Virus record (IMG/VR): IMGVR_UViG_3300032579_000889
Span: 1 to 56,228 of that record
Reading direction: 5' to 3' (one strand)
DNA: 56,228 bases
Source: a virus
Taxonomy: Duplodnaviria > Caudoviricetes
In this document: piece by piece, positions 28,372 to 38,025 of the stretch
How the letters are laid out: each line of letters begins with the position of its first letter
How positions within the stretch are numbered: position 1 is the first letter of the stretch
Notes under the pieces: generated by a model
What the model saw: the letters and a program-made list of their open reading frames with translations, nothing else
Database searches by the model: none
Told to the model about the DNA's origin: nothing
Translations under genes and position numbers: made by a program

Positions 28372-28653
28372 ATGCAAAATGACATTACACTACCTAACTT
28401 CTCTGTGAAAATTGGTCAAACTAAAATGTCTCTTGATGCCGATCTGAGAGATCTTATAGAAGATATTCTTTTACAAAAACACTGTGGAATAATTGTGGAA
28501 TGGTGTACAAATACATATTCAAACACAGTAAAATATTACAAATATTACGATATAGAAGATAGCTACAGAACCGTGACCTGGTATGCATCATTTTGTTCAC
28601 AAAATGATTATTGCCATTTTATACTCAGTCAATACGAAAATAAAGGTGATTAA
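28372..28653 (+). CDS. small hypothetical protein
   Basis: 93 aa, TTGACT promoter just upstream. Confidence 0.6.
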   Translation: MQNDITLPNFSVKIGQTKMSLDADLRDLIEDILLQKHCGIIVEWCTNTYSNTVKYYKYYDIEDSYRTVTWYASFCSQNDYCHFILSQYENKGD

Positions 28654-30002
28654 TGGTGGATACAACTACATTTATTAAAGATTCAAGCAGGGAATACTCA
28701 ATCTACGTTTGCCAAAGCCGAGGCATTCCGTCTGTTAGCGATGGTCTAAAAGATGCACAACGTAAGGCACTATTTGTCATGAAGACACAAAATGAAAAAA
28801 TCAAAACAATTTCATTGGCTGGTAGACTTATTAGTGAAAACATTTATTTGCATGGTGATGCTGCTGCATGCGACACGATATCTCTAATGGCTGCACCATA
28901 TTGCAACAACATTCCATTGTTATCCGGTATAGGCGCATTTGGAACAAGGGTAGGTCCTACTGACTGGGGTGCTCCGCGATATACCTATGTTAAAAAAAAT
29001 ACCTATACCGAATCATTAATATATGAAGATTATGATATAATTCCTCTTAAGGAAAATTATGACGGATCTGTTCATGAACCTAGGCACTTCCTTCCATTAA
29101 TTCCGTTAGTTCTGTTAAATGGTGTTTCCGGAATCGCTGTAGGGTGGAGCACAGAGATTTTACCGCGCAATTTTGATGATATTATTTCTGCAACACTTGC
29201 TGCCATAGACAAAAAGAAGTTGCCCGAACTTTTACCTAGATATGATTTTTTAGACTGTCATGTTGTACATCTTGGAAATAACAGCTATGAGTTCACCGGC
29301 AAGGTCAAGATTGATGGTAGTAGTATTTTTGTAAAGGAACTACCGCCAGATTTATCATTGGAAAAATTCAAAGCAAGATTGAATAAGATGGAGGATGATG
29401 AACTAATCCAAACCTACATAGATCGCAGCACCAAAGATATCAATTTAGAAATAAGATTTAAACGCGGATCGATTGCCAGCTGGACTGAAACCAAAGCCAT
29501 TGATTTTTTGAAACTTAAAAGCAAAACCACTGAACGATTGGTAGTGTTAGATTACGACGGAAATAACATCAAACAATACGATACAGCTGAAAATCTTATA
29601 AAAGACTTCGTAGAATGGCGATTGAAATTTTATGCTATTAGATATCAAAAACTAATAGACGACACAACTTATCAACTAAATTGGAACGAAGCTCTTAAAA
29701 TCTGTTACGAAAAAAAATTACCTACCTTTCTAACACAAGCGCAGGACAAATCCAGTATAGTTGACAAGATAAAAACTATTACCGCAGCAATTCCGTTAGA
29801 CAATGAGCAGCTTGATAGACTAGCATCCTTACCTTCGTACAGATGGGCTAAAGATGCTTATGATGATGTTGTTGATCGTATAGCAGAACTCAAAAAAGCC
29901 ATTGCAAATTTCACCCAAATACTAGCAGATCCAGCACGTATTCGTGCAATATACAGGCAAGAAGTTACAGCTCTCAAAAAATTACCAAAAATTGAACGAT
30001 AA
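28653..30002 (+). CDS. type II topoisomerase medium (GyrA/gp52-like) subunit
   Basis: RGIPSVSDGLKDAQRK, YLHGD, APRYT catalytic Tyr, LLNGVSGIAVGW. Confidence 0.93.
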   Translation: MVDTTTFIKDSSREYSIYVCQSRGIPSVSDGLKDAQRKALFVMKTQNEKIKTISLAGRLISENIYLHGDAAACDTISLMAAPYCNNIPLLSGIGAFGTRVGPTDWGAPRYTYVKKNTYTESLIYEDYDIIPLKENYDGSVHEPRHFLPLIPLVLLNGVSGIAVGWSTEILPRNFDDIISATLAAIDKKKLPELLPRYDFLDCHVVHLGNNSYEFTGKVKIDGSSIFVKELPPDLSLEKFKARLNKMEDDELIQTYIDRSTKDINLEIRFKRGSIASWTETKAIDFLKLKSKTTERLVVLDYDGNNIKQYDTAENLIKDFVEWRLKFYAIRYQKLIDDTTYQLNWNEALKICYEKKLPTFLTQAQDKSSIVDKIKTITAAIPLDNEQLDRLASLPSYRWAKDAYDDVVDRIAELKKAIANFTQILADPARIRAIYRQEVTALKKLPKIER

Positions 30003-30009
30003 ATATTCC

Positions 30010-30471
30010 ATGAAAGTAAAAGATTTACAAGCAAAAGCTAAGCTAGGCGCAGGTTGCCTTATTTACAGCTTAGATACAAATAAATTTTTAATGATACAAC
30101 GCAGTGAATATGTTCCTTTACCTCTAACATGGAGTTTGCCAGGCGGTGTGGTTGACAAAGATGAAACTCCTGCCGATGCTGCTATAAGAGAGGCTATGGA
30201 AGAAATTGGTCATCATCTTAACGAACAGAATCTAAAATTAATCTACACAAATGAATCTCATGCCCCGCGCTTTAAATATTACACCTTTGCATCCATTGTA
30301 AAAAATGAGTTTAAACCAGCTCTTAATTATGAATGCTCGAATTATACATGGTGTGATCTTGATAATTTACCATCTCCATTGCACTGGGGCGTTCAGCAGA
30401 TGCTTAATCATGACAAGTCTGCCGAACTATTAAAAGAATTTGTAGATGCAGCCAAAGCCAAGTTACTGTGA
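30010..30471 (+). CDS. Nudix hydrolase
   Basis: Nudix box GGVVDKDETPADAAIREAMEEIG; start moved to ATG 30010. Confidence 0.9.
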   Translation: MKVKDLQAKAKLGAGCLIYSLDTNKFLMIQRSEYVPLPLTWSLPGGVVDKDETPADAAIREAMEEIGHHLNEQNLKLIYTNESHAPRFKYYTFASIVKNEFKPALNYECSNYTWCDLDNLPSPLHWGVQQMLNHDKSAELLKEFVDAAKAKLL

Positions 30472-30537
30472 ACTAAATCTAGTTTACATTAGTCTATAAA
30501 GTATTGACTATGTTCTAGTTGCATGCTATGCTCAAAC

Positions 30538-31500
30538 ATGGAGAACGAAATGGATCTACTTGATGTTCAACGAGTATCGCAGATTCTTACAGGGTTCAAA
30601 AAACCTATTGTAGGAGTTAGCGGCGGAGTTGATAGCATGGTACTATTGCATTGGCTGGCAACCAATAAAAAAGCCTGGCCTTGTGAAATTTCGGTAGTGC
30701 ATGTTAACCATAACATTCAAAGCGATAGCCTTGCATGGCATGAGTTTGTTAAATCGCAGTGTCACGAATATAACCTGCCATTTATTGGTGTTTCTGTGTG
30801 TTTAGACGGCCTTGGAAACAATCTAGAATACGCAGCACGCAAAGCACGTTACAAAGCATTTTGTGATACAGGAGCAGATTGCATTCTACTTGCACATCAT
30901 GCCAACGATCAGTGTGAGAATTTCCTCCTAAAATTGTTTAGAGGCAGCGGACTTCGAGGTCTAAAAAGCATGAATGCAATCAGTCCTTGTTGGTACAACG
31001 CTAGCGTTTCAATTATTCGCCCTATGTTAAATATTACTAGGACAGATATTGAAATCTATGCCGAGCATCATAGCGTGCCTTTTGTGCTGGATTCTAGTAA
31101 CAGCGATAACAAATATGACAGAAACTACATTAGGAATGTAGTATGGCCAAAAATTGATGAAAGATTTGGCATCGCGGATGTAAATGTTCTTAAGAGCATC
31201 AATCATCTTGATGAAGCTTGGCAGTTAACTAATCAATTGGCAGAAATTGATCTTAAAAAAGTTACCTTATCAGATGGTGTTTTAGACTGGCATAGTCTTC
31301 AAGAAATTGGATACTTGCGTATTAAAAATCTGCTGCTCTATTTGCTAAGTTTGGAAAATACCTACAGTTTTAGCATTGGTCAAATTGAACAATTTGCAGC
31401 AGGGCTAATGTCTGCCGATTTAGACAATAGAAATCAATTGGTCGTCAAAGGAATGACATTTAATAAAATTGGTAGACGTGTGCTAATTCAAAAAACCTAA
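30538..31500 (+). CDS. tilS: tRNA(Ile)-lysidine synthetase
   Basis: SGGVDS PP-loop, HVNH, ARKARY, AHHANDQCE, RPML, RNYIR; start 30538 or 30550. Confidence 0.9.
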   Translation: MENEMDLLDVQRVSQILTGFKKPIVGVSGGVDSMVLLHWLATNKKAWPCEISVVHVNHNIQSDSLAWHEFVKSQCHEYNLPFIGVSVCLDGLGNNLEYAARKARYKAFCDTGADCILLAHHANDQCENFLLKLFRGSGLRGLKSMNAISPCWYNASVSIIRPMLNITRTDIEIYAEHHSVPFVLDSSNSDNKYDRNYIRNVVWPKIDERFGIADVNVLKSINHLDEAWQLTNQLAEIDLKKVTLSDGVLDWHSLQEIGYLRIKNLLLYLLSLENTYSFSIGQIEQFAAGLMSADLDNRNQLVVKGMTFNKIGRRVLIQKT

Positions 31501-31544
31501 AATTGTATTTTTGATTAATTCTGTAATGCTCTTTACAATATGGT

Positions 31545-32261
31545 ATGAATAACAAGTCTGCAGTAATTGTCATACCTACTACCGGTGCCCATACATTAGC
31601 TGATGCATGTAATAGCGCTATAAATCAAACTTATGAAAATTGCGAAGTATGGGCGGTAATAGATGGCCCGCAATTTTCAGCAGCAGCTACAACAATCTTG
31701 TCAAAATTTCCTACGATAAAAGTCTTACAATTACCAGCTAACACAGGCGCTAATGGCTGGTATGGACATAGAATATATGCAGCAGTAAGTTATCTAATTA
31801 ACCACGATTACATTTTATACCTAGACCAAGACAACTGGTACGAACCTACGCATGTTGAATACATGCTGGACACCTGTGAATCTAGTAAACTACAATGGTG
31901 CTACAGTTTACGTAAAATTCATGACCTAAATGGCACATACATTTGCGATGATAACTGTGAAAGTTTAGGAAAATGGCCACTCTATTTGAGTGATCAACAC
32001 TTTTTAGTTGATACTTCTACGTATTGTATCAGTCGTGATGTTATAGTTCAAATTGCACCAGCGTGGTACAGTGGTTGGGGCGGCGACCGTAGATTTTATT
32101 CAGCGATTTCAAAACATTTTCCAGTGTTTGAGTGCACAGGGCATTCAACTGTATGTTACAGACTCGACGGCAATACAAATTCTGTAAATGCAGAATTTTT
32201 CGTAAATGGCAACAAAATCATGAATGAAAGATATAACGGAAAGTTTCCATGGAGAAAATAA
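31545..32261 (+). CDS. glycosyltransferase family 2
   Basis: IVIPT, VIDG, LDQDN and DRRF motifs. Confidence 0.82.
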   Translation: MNNKSAVIVIPTTGAHTLADACNSAINQTYENCEVWAVIDGPQFSAAATTILSKFPTIKVLQLPANTGANGWYGHRIYAAVSYLINHDYILYLDQDNWYEPTHVEYMLDTCESSKLQWCYSLRKIHDLNGTYICDDNCESLGKWPLYLSDQHFLVDTSTYCISRDVIVQIAPAWYSGWGGDRRFYSAISKHFPVFECTGHSTVCYRLDGNTNSVNAEFFVNGNKIMNERYNGKFPWRK

Positions 32262-32467
32262 ATGATAATTGGTATTCTGCGTCTATACGTAAGGGAGTAT
32301 ATTGTTACGACCTTAAATTAAATCCAATGTCTGCTGAATTCAAAGAATGGTGGTCACATAGACTAGGTCAGTTAAAAATATACAACGGCGGCCTTTATTT
32401 TGAAAATCAACAAGATCTTGTAGAGTATCTGCTTACGTTCGATGAAATGTCTGACAAAGACTGGTAG
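32249..32467 (+). CDS. small hypothetical protein
   Basis: 72 aa, overlaps the preceding gene. Confidence 0.6.
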   Translation: MEKINDNWYSASIRKGVYCYDLKLNPMSAEFKEWWSHRLGQLKIYNGGLYFENQQDLVEYLLTFDEMSDKDW

Positions 32468-32469
32468 AT

Positions 32470-32721
32470 TTAAAGAACACCTGCTACGGTTATAGCTGCC
32501 GAAATGCATTGTTCTAACAATATTTTGTTATTCAGATCGTCCTCTGCTTCTGCAACACGGACCATAGCAGCAAGATCCTGCATTAAATCCAAATATTCAA
32601 ACTGTGATATTTGCTGTTGTTCTAATGCCTGCTGATACTGGAGAGCTTGCATAGCGTTTCTTGCAACAATTTGAGAAGCATTTGTAGCTAGAAAATTTAA
32701 ATTGTTCATTATCTGACTCAT
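32470..32721 (-). CDS. small hypothetical protein
   Basis: 83 aa, ATGA overlap with the upstream lipoprotein gene. Confidence 0.65.
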   Translation of the reverse strand: MSQIMNNLNFLATNASQIVARNAMQALQYQQALEQQQISQFEYLDLMQDLAAMVRVAEAEDDLNNKILLEQCISAAITVAGVL

Positions 32722-33101
32722 AGTATTTTCAACTTATTCCCTTCAGCTCTGGTAATAATTTTAGCAGTTTCGTAGATATTTTTCGTTTTTAATTTACAAT
32801 AAAATGGACTCGGTGTCTGCTTTTTCAACATGTCTAAAAATCTATCTATTTCGTCCAGTTGATTTTTCATCATTTGTGCTACATCAGTGTCGCTACGACC
32901 TTCAGAGTCTTCTATAGCATATATCGCTTCTCTGCGTAATATGCCAAAACTTTTTAGCATGGAATCTCTATTTTGGCATACACTATCCGAATCTCGAGAA
33001 ATAACTGCAATGTTTACCATTCTGTCATAATTATATTGATTGAATTTAGGAGCACATCCTGCAAGACTACTTATCAAAATAATAAACATTGCTGCTCTCA
33101 T
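32718..33101 (-). CDS. putative lipoprotein
   Basis: Hydrophobic signal plus LAG|C lipobox; TAAATA 5 nt before ATG 33101. Confidence 0.7.
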   Translation of the reverse strand: MRAAMFIILISSLAGCAPKFNQYNYDRMVNIAVISRDSDSVCQNRDSMLKSFGILRREAIYAIEDSEGRSDTDVAQMMKNQLDEIDRFLDMLKKQTPSPFYCKLKTKNIYETAKIITRAEGNKLKIL

Positions 33102-33160
33102 TATCATATTTATATCTAATGGAAAGTCGCTGTTATTACAATTTTTAGCTATTATTGATT

Positions 33161-34054
33161 ATGGTCAAAACATTTATGCATTCAAGATGGGATAATAAAA
33201 TTGTACAGGTATCTTGGGATCTAGGCAACGAGTGTAATCAAAACTGTTCATACTGTCCAGATGTTTTTAAAAATGGCCATTTTTCTAATGGCAACTGGGA
33301 TCAAGTAGAAATTTTTGCCGATAGAATGTGTGATTATTACGATTTAATCGGCAAAAGTTTATATATAGGATTTGGAGGTTCAGGAGAACCAACACTGGTT
33401 CCGTGGTTTGGAAACTTATTGCGTTTGCTAAACAACAGAATAGCAGGGTGTACAGTTAGTACCAATCTCACAGCTCCACTTGAATGGTTCGAAGAGCATG
33501 GTAATGTTATAAAGCATATTTCCGGCACTGTTCATTACGAGTACACATCGCTTCCGGAACTAGCGGACAAAATTTGCGCAATACGAGACGTTGTGCGGGA
33601 TATCAATATTACAGTCCCAATGCTACCAGATCGTTATGATGAACAAATAAAAGATATTGAGTGGTTTTCCAAAAAAACCAACATCAATGTTGGTCAACAG
33701 GTTGTTTTCTCAAACCCCGTAGAACCTGTAAAACTGAAAAAAGAATATACTGAAGAAATTAAAGAAAACTTGCGTTCAACGCATGACAACACTGCATATC
33801 TTATAACAACTAAGGATGAGAATAATGTTATTCAAGCAGTTGATCAGATCAAATACGCTGATATTAATCTAAGTGAGAACGACAGCTTAAGAGAATTTAC
33901 CAACTGGGATTGTTATGCAGGCATTGATACGTTGGTAATTGACAGTAGAGGCTTTGTAAGACGGGGCTGGTGTGCACAACTATCAATGCACCAACACCAT
34001 ATGACCTCTTGGTCTTGGAACCTTAATCCTATTACATGCAATATGAAATGGTGA
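33161..34054 (+). CDS. radical SAM protein with twitch/SPASM-like C-terminus (may extend to 34096)
   Basis: CNQNCSYC, GEPT, CYAG..RGWC; in-frame TGA at a probable Cys position. Confidence 0.85.
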   Translation: MVKTFMHSRWDNKIVQVSWDLGNECNQNCSYCPDVFKNGHFSNGNWDQVEIFADRMCDYYDLIGKSLYIGFGGSGEPTLVPWFGNLLRLLNNRIAGCTVSTNLTAPLEWFEEHGNVIKHISGTVHYEYTSLPELADKICAIRDVVRDINITVPMLPDRYDEQIKDIEWFSKKTNINVGQQVVFSNPVEPVKLKKEYTEEIKENLRSTHDNTAYLITTKDENNVIQAVDQIKYADINLSENDSLREFTNWDCYAGIDTLVIDSRGFVRRGWCAQLSMHQHHMTSWSWNLNPITCNMKW

Positions 34055-34101
34055 AGACACGAACACGATTTAATGGCTAGAAAAAAATTAGGATAAAGTA
34101 T

Positions 34102-34749
34102 ATGAAAATCGTTTTTTGCCTACCAGGAAAAAATTTTAGTAGCAATTTTTTCAATTCCTGGAATCAAACCATAGCATTACTACAACAAAATCAAATTCAA
34201 TACGCATATTCTATTGCATATGATCCTGTGGTATACTATACAAGAAATAAAATACTAGGAGGAGACAACCGAAATGGCAGATACCAAAAACCGTGGCAAG
34301 GGCAAATTCCCTATGATAAAATTATATGGATAGATAACGATATTGTCTGGCAGCCGCATAATGTTCTTTCGTTGATAGCAAGCGACAAACCAATTATAGC
34401 TGGTACATATCTAATGGAATCAACTACGCAATATCCCATAGTGGAACATTTAGACTTCAAACATCTAGCTACTAACGGCGTATTCCAGTTTCTTACCAAA
34501 GAAGATTTAGCAGGAAAAAATCAAATTTTTCCTGTAAGCTACACCGGTTTTGGATTTTTATGCATGCAGCACGGCATACTAGAAAGTATGGAATATCCAT
34601 GGTTTCAGCCAAAATGGGTAACAAGCAATAATTTTCACGATTTCTGCGCAGAAGACGTCGGTTTTTGTTGGACTGCACAAGAACTAGGTCACAAGATTTG
34701 GATTGATCCAACAATCACAGTTGGACACGAAAAAACAATTATCTTATAA
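34102..34749 (+). CDS. glycosyltransferase-like protein (GT-A fold)
   Basis: WIDND, YTGFGF, EDVGFC and VGHEK motifs. Confidence 0.75.
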   Translation: MKIVFCLPGKNFSSNFFNSWNQTIALLQQNQIQYAYSIAYDPVVYYTRNKILGGDNRNGRYQKPWQGQIPYDKIIWIDNDIVWQPHNVLSLIASDKPIIAGTYLMESTTQYPIVEHLDFKHLATNGVFQFLTKEDLAGKNQIFPVSYTGFGFLCMQHGILESMEYPWFQPKWVTSNNFHDFCAEDVGFCWTAQELGHKIWIDPTITVGHEKTIIL

Positions 34750-34760
34750 GGAACAGCAAA

Positions 34761-35075
34761 ATGTTACATTTTACACTAAGGGTCGAAAATCCTTGGGCTA
34801 AATCGCGTTCAGAACAAATGGATTTTTTCTGTAAGGATTGGTCCGTTTCCAAAAACAAAAATTGCGAGGTACAACTGACATGGTTTGATTGGCAAACTAT
34901 ATTTGAACTACACGTTCAAACTCACTGGCGCGGACATGACCATGCAGGCCCTAGATTTGAAATCACTATATTAGGATTATTTTTCAATATCCAATTGTAT
35001 GACGGACGGCATTGGAATCATGAAAAAAATCGTTGGTACCTACCCGGCGAGGAAGAAGAAGAATACGGTACCTAG
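34761..35075 (+). CDS. hypothetical protein
   Basis: 104 aa, DHAGP..YDGRHW. Confidence 0.7.
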   Translation: MLHFTLRVENPWAKSRSEQMDFFCKDWSVSKNKNCEVQLTWFDWQTIFELHVQTHWRGHDHAGPRFEITILGLFFNIQLYDGRHWNHEKNRWYLPGEEEEEYGT

Positions 35076-35098
35076 TTTAAAAGTTAATTTTAGTCAGA

Positions 35099-35134
35099 AA
35101 AATAGGGTTAACAACAGTGCGTTAACCCTATTTT
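35099..35134. terminator. bidirectional terminator
   Basis: AAAATAGGGTTAAC / GTTAACCCTATTTT between convergent genes. Confidence 0.85.
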
Positions 35135-35138
35135 ATTT

Positions 35139-35330
35139 TTACTTCTTTGATAGTTGAGAAGTAAACACATTGGCCCATTCTTTAGCTGGGCTGAGGTCCA
35201 TTAGTTTCTTGTTCAAAGCTACAAAGTCTTTGAAAAGAGCTGTTTGCAGCTCAATTGTTTGACGAGTAGCAGTGGTAGCATAATCAAAAACAGCCTGATT
35301 TGCGTCCTTAATCATTGTGTTGTCGTACAT
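35139..35330 (-). CDS. small helical protein, phasin-like
   Basis: 63 aa amphipathic, AAGGAG SD, downstream of a PhaR-like box. Confidence 0.5.
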   Translation of the reverse strand: MYDNTMIKDANQAVFDYATTATRQTIELQTALFKDFVALNKKLMDLSPAKEWANVFTSQLSKK

Positions 35331-35357
35331 TTTGGTTTCTCCTTTTGTAGTTTAAAA

Positions 35358-35516
35358 TTAGTAAGTAAATTTTTGATTACTGTAGCCCCAAAGTTGTCGA
35401 AGTCTGCTCTCTAACTCGACGACATCGCTGCTTTGACTTAACCAACGTTCAGTTGGACTCATAGTAAATCTTTGCCACCACGATCTAAGTAAATTAACTA
35501 TTCTGTTAAAACACAT
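35358..35516 (-). CDS. DUF3563-like small protein (52 aa, not in ORF track)
   Basis: ERWLSQSSDVVELESRLRQL motif, AAGGAG SD. Confidence 0.65.
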   Translation of the reverse strand: MCFNRIVNLLRSWWQRFTMSPTERWLSQSSDVVELESRLRQLWGYSNQKFTY

Positions 35517-35546
35517 TTCTGGTCTCCTTATATCTTAAATATAAAG

Positions 35547-35570
35547 TATTTATGCTGCACTGCAACATAA
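35547..35570 (-). promoter_or_regulatory. PhaR-like operator adjoining a TAAATA promoter
   Basis: Minus strand TTATGT-TGCAGTGCAGCA-TAAATA; fits the TGCRNYGCASMA pattern. Confidence 0.55.
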
Positions 35571-35600
35571 AATTCCGCATACCAGCTATGCAAAAAGAAA

Positions 35601-35981
35601 TTATTTTCTGTAAAAGGTGATCTTATACGCGCCGTGGGTTCCAGATGTATCAGTTAATGGTATACATGATTTTACAAATCCTAAATTGTCAATCCAAAAC
35701 TTGAACTCATCTGCTATTTTACCGCTTTTGCCTGTAATTATAATTGCATATTTTGATCCTACTGCCCAATGTTCTTCTAGAAAATTTCTAGTTTTTACAA
35801 AAGCTTGTTGTACAGTGCAACCGTGTAAATCAAGTTTATAGCGTAGACTCTGATCAAGCCCTTTGTCAGGAATATAGAATCTGCTAGAACTTTTCAAACT
35901 CTGTTGCACAAATGTACTCCAAACTTCCTTATCTTCGTTTGATAGCTCAAAATTCTCAGTATGATTTGCTTTTGTTGTCAT
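35601..35981 (-). CDS. Smr-domain protein
   Basis: LDLHG, IITGK and HGAY motifs; alpha-type N-terminal EDKEVW. Confidence 0.85.
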   Translation of the reverse strand: MTTKANHTENFELSNEDKEVWSTFVQQSLKSSSRFYIPDKGLDQSLRYKLDLHGCTVQQAFVKTRNFLEEHWAVGSKYAIIITGKSGKIADEFKFWIDNLGFVKSCIPLTDTSGTHGAYKITFYRK

Positions 35982-35993
35982 GTTTGGCTCTTT

Positions 35994-37508
35994 TTATAAT
36001 AGCATTAGTTTATTAAAGTATACATCAAATGATGTCAATGTTGATGCTTTTATATCATCCCATGAAAGCTGCTCTTGAGGTGTGGTCATAAGATAAGTTA
36101 AGTCATATCCTTGCCATAATAGAGCGAGTATAGACCACATTCTGGTTTTTGAAAATTCTCTAGTCATTTTTGTAGCCAATTGTGTTACCCGATAGGCCTC
36201 GCCTACTGTCCATGTACAATTTTTCCAGTTCATAGTTGTACCATTGAAATTTATTGGATCAGCCTCAAAACTGAAACCATATTTTTGTGGATTCTTATCA
36301 AATTCACTAAAAATACTATTTGGACTTGCGCTGTTATCTACTCCATACAAGCCAAGAAGATCAAATCCTATAGAATGTAAATTATTTTCTATAAACCAAT
36401 TAACTGTACCGTATACATCAGTTTCTTTTTCATACGGTAGACCTACAATAAAATTGCAATGTTGCGCAACACTTTTATTCCATATATTGTGGAAAAGGTA
36501 AGGTATATATTCCCTTGCATAATTTCCATTCCAGCCTTTTCCAATTATTTTACTTGCGTCTTTATGCAAGCTTTCCAAACCGTGGTATGCGCCTACTAAG
36601 CCAGATTCTTTTAAAATGTAAGGGGTTTCATCAAAATGATTTAATAAGTCTGCTCTCAAATATGCACTAAAACGGATCTTAAATGGTAATTTTGAAACAG
36701 CACTATGGAATGACCTGAGTTTCCATTCTGTGTCATTAAAAGTATCATCTATAATATAATAAGAAGTAGATCCAAAAGTAGCAAAGTTGTAAGATAATTC
36801 TGCAGAAATATGTTCCATAGCCCTAACATAATCAAGTTTATGCTTGCCAAGGTGCGGGTATTGACAAAAACGACAGGTAAAAATGCAGCCGCGACTTACA
36901 TCTAATGGCAATGGTTCGTTTGGCAGAATGACATCAGTCGGTATAAACTTAAAATCATCTGTTTCTATATTGTATTTTGGATTTCTAGCAGCAGAATAGA
37001 TAATTTTATCCTCAAAACCTGTTCCTATACTGTTTCGCTTTTTCTCAAATACAGGCTCTGTCCCTCTGCCTGATAACCAATCTAGATATTCTAGAAAAAT
37101 TTCTTCAGGCGCTGACAGATAACTCATTATAGTAACATCAAACACATCCCAGTTTGGAAGCCGATCACTTATATATCCGCCCATAACAAAACGTATTGAC
37201 GGATGTTCTAACTTAATTTGAGACAATACATTCAATACAAATTCTGGAATTCGTTTGATGCGCCCGTCGGAGTGCTTATATGCATTGTTGCAAATAAATG
37301 TAGTGCTTAAACCAATGATTTTAGTATCAGGTGTAATAAACTTTTTGAGTGTTGTATATAACTGATCTGCATTGAAATACAGCACATGATCAATCACCTG
37401 ACACTGATACCCATATTTTCGTAACCAATGTGCAATTTTATACGGACCAATTGAGCGCATTAGAATTGGCCTATAAGCTATTCCACCATTTAATAAGATT
37501 ACATCCAT
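35994..37508 (-). CDS. cobalamin-binding radical SAM protein
   Basis: B12-binding N-terminal domain (IGLS, VMGG), SRGCIFTCRFC, DDTF, GLES, FIVGLPYE. Confidence 0.85.
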   Translation of the reverse strand: MDVILLNGGIAYRPILMRSIGPYKIAHWLRKYGYQCQVIDHVLYFNADQLYTTLKKFITPDTKIIGLSTTFICNNAYKHSDGRIKRIPEFVLNVLSQIKLEHPSIRFVMGGYISDRLPNWDVFDVTIMSYLSAPEEIFLEYLDWLSGRGTEPVFEKKRNSIGTGFEDKIIYSAARNPKYNIETDDFKFIPTDVILPNEPLPLDVSRGCIFTCRFCQYPHLGKHKLDYVRAMEHISAELSYNFATFGSTSYYIIDDTFNDTEWKLRSFHSAVSKLPFKIRFSAYLRADLLNHFDETPYILKESGLVGAYHGLESLHKDASKIIGKGWNGNYAREYIPYLFHNIWNKSVAQHCNFIVGLPYEKETDVYGTVNWFIENNLHSIGFDLLGLYGVDNSASPNSIFSEFDKNPQKYGFSFEADPINFNGTTMNWKNCTWTVGEAYRVTQLATKMTREFSKTRMWSILALLWQGYDLTYLMTTPQEQLSWDDIKASTLTSFDVYFNKLMLL

Positions 37509-37523
37509 AGATATATTATAGAT

Positions 37524-37806
37524 TTAGGTTTTAGCAAAAACAACATTATAAGAAGCTTGATTTAGAATAAAGGAAGGTATATTCTTATTATCAACTATTT
37601 TTTCTGTTTTTGAAATTTGGACATACATGCCAAATTTGGCAGCTTCTTCACAATGTAAGTTAAGTTCTGCTAGTATGTTGTTCTATTTGCTGTGTTAAAA
37701 TTTCACAGGCTTCAAGCGTTGAAACTATATTATCTTCCATATTGTATTATATCTTTGGCTCAAAATCATCGTCTATAAAAACTTGCATTTTCTTTCGTCG
37801 TGTCAT
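37524..37806 (-). pseudogene. disrupted small gene
   Basis: MTRRKK..PKI*YNMEDNIV..QQIE, then a +1 shift to NILAELNLHCEEAAKFG..FAKT*. Confidence 0.4.
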
Positions 37807-38025
37807 ATATAGTATAAGCTGGAAGGAAAGATCTAGCATATGGGGAATTCTCCCCATACATATAGTGTGTTTATATTACGTTTAGTACACTTAAATATTT
37901 TTAGCAGCAACAGCTGTGTGACATAATGTCCGATAGATTCTTACTTGTTATCTATCAATGGTTTGAGATTCTTTCACTTATCTTTCTCAACCCATCTTAA
38001 CATAATTATAGGAGAACTGAGCTTG

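Noticed and set aside
37839-37858. Hairpin TATGGGGA-ATTC-TCCCCATA as an origin or terminator
   Set aside because: It is isolated, has no U-tract or iterons, and no function can be supported.
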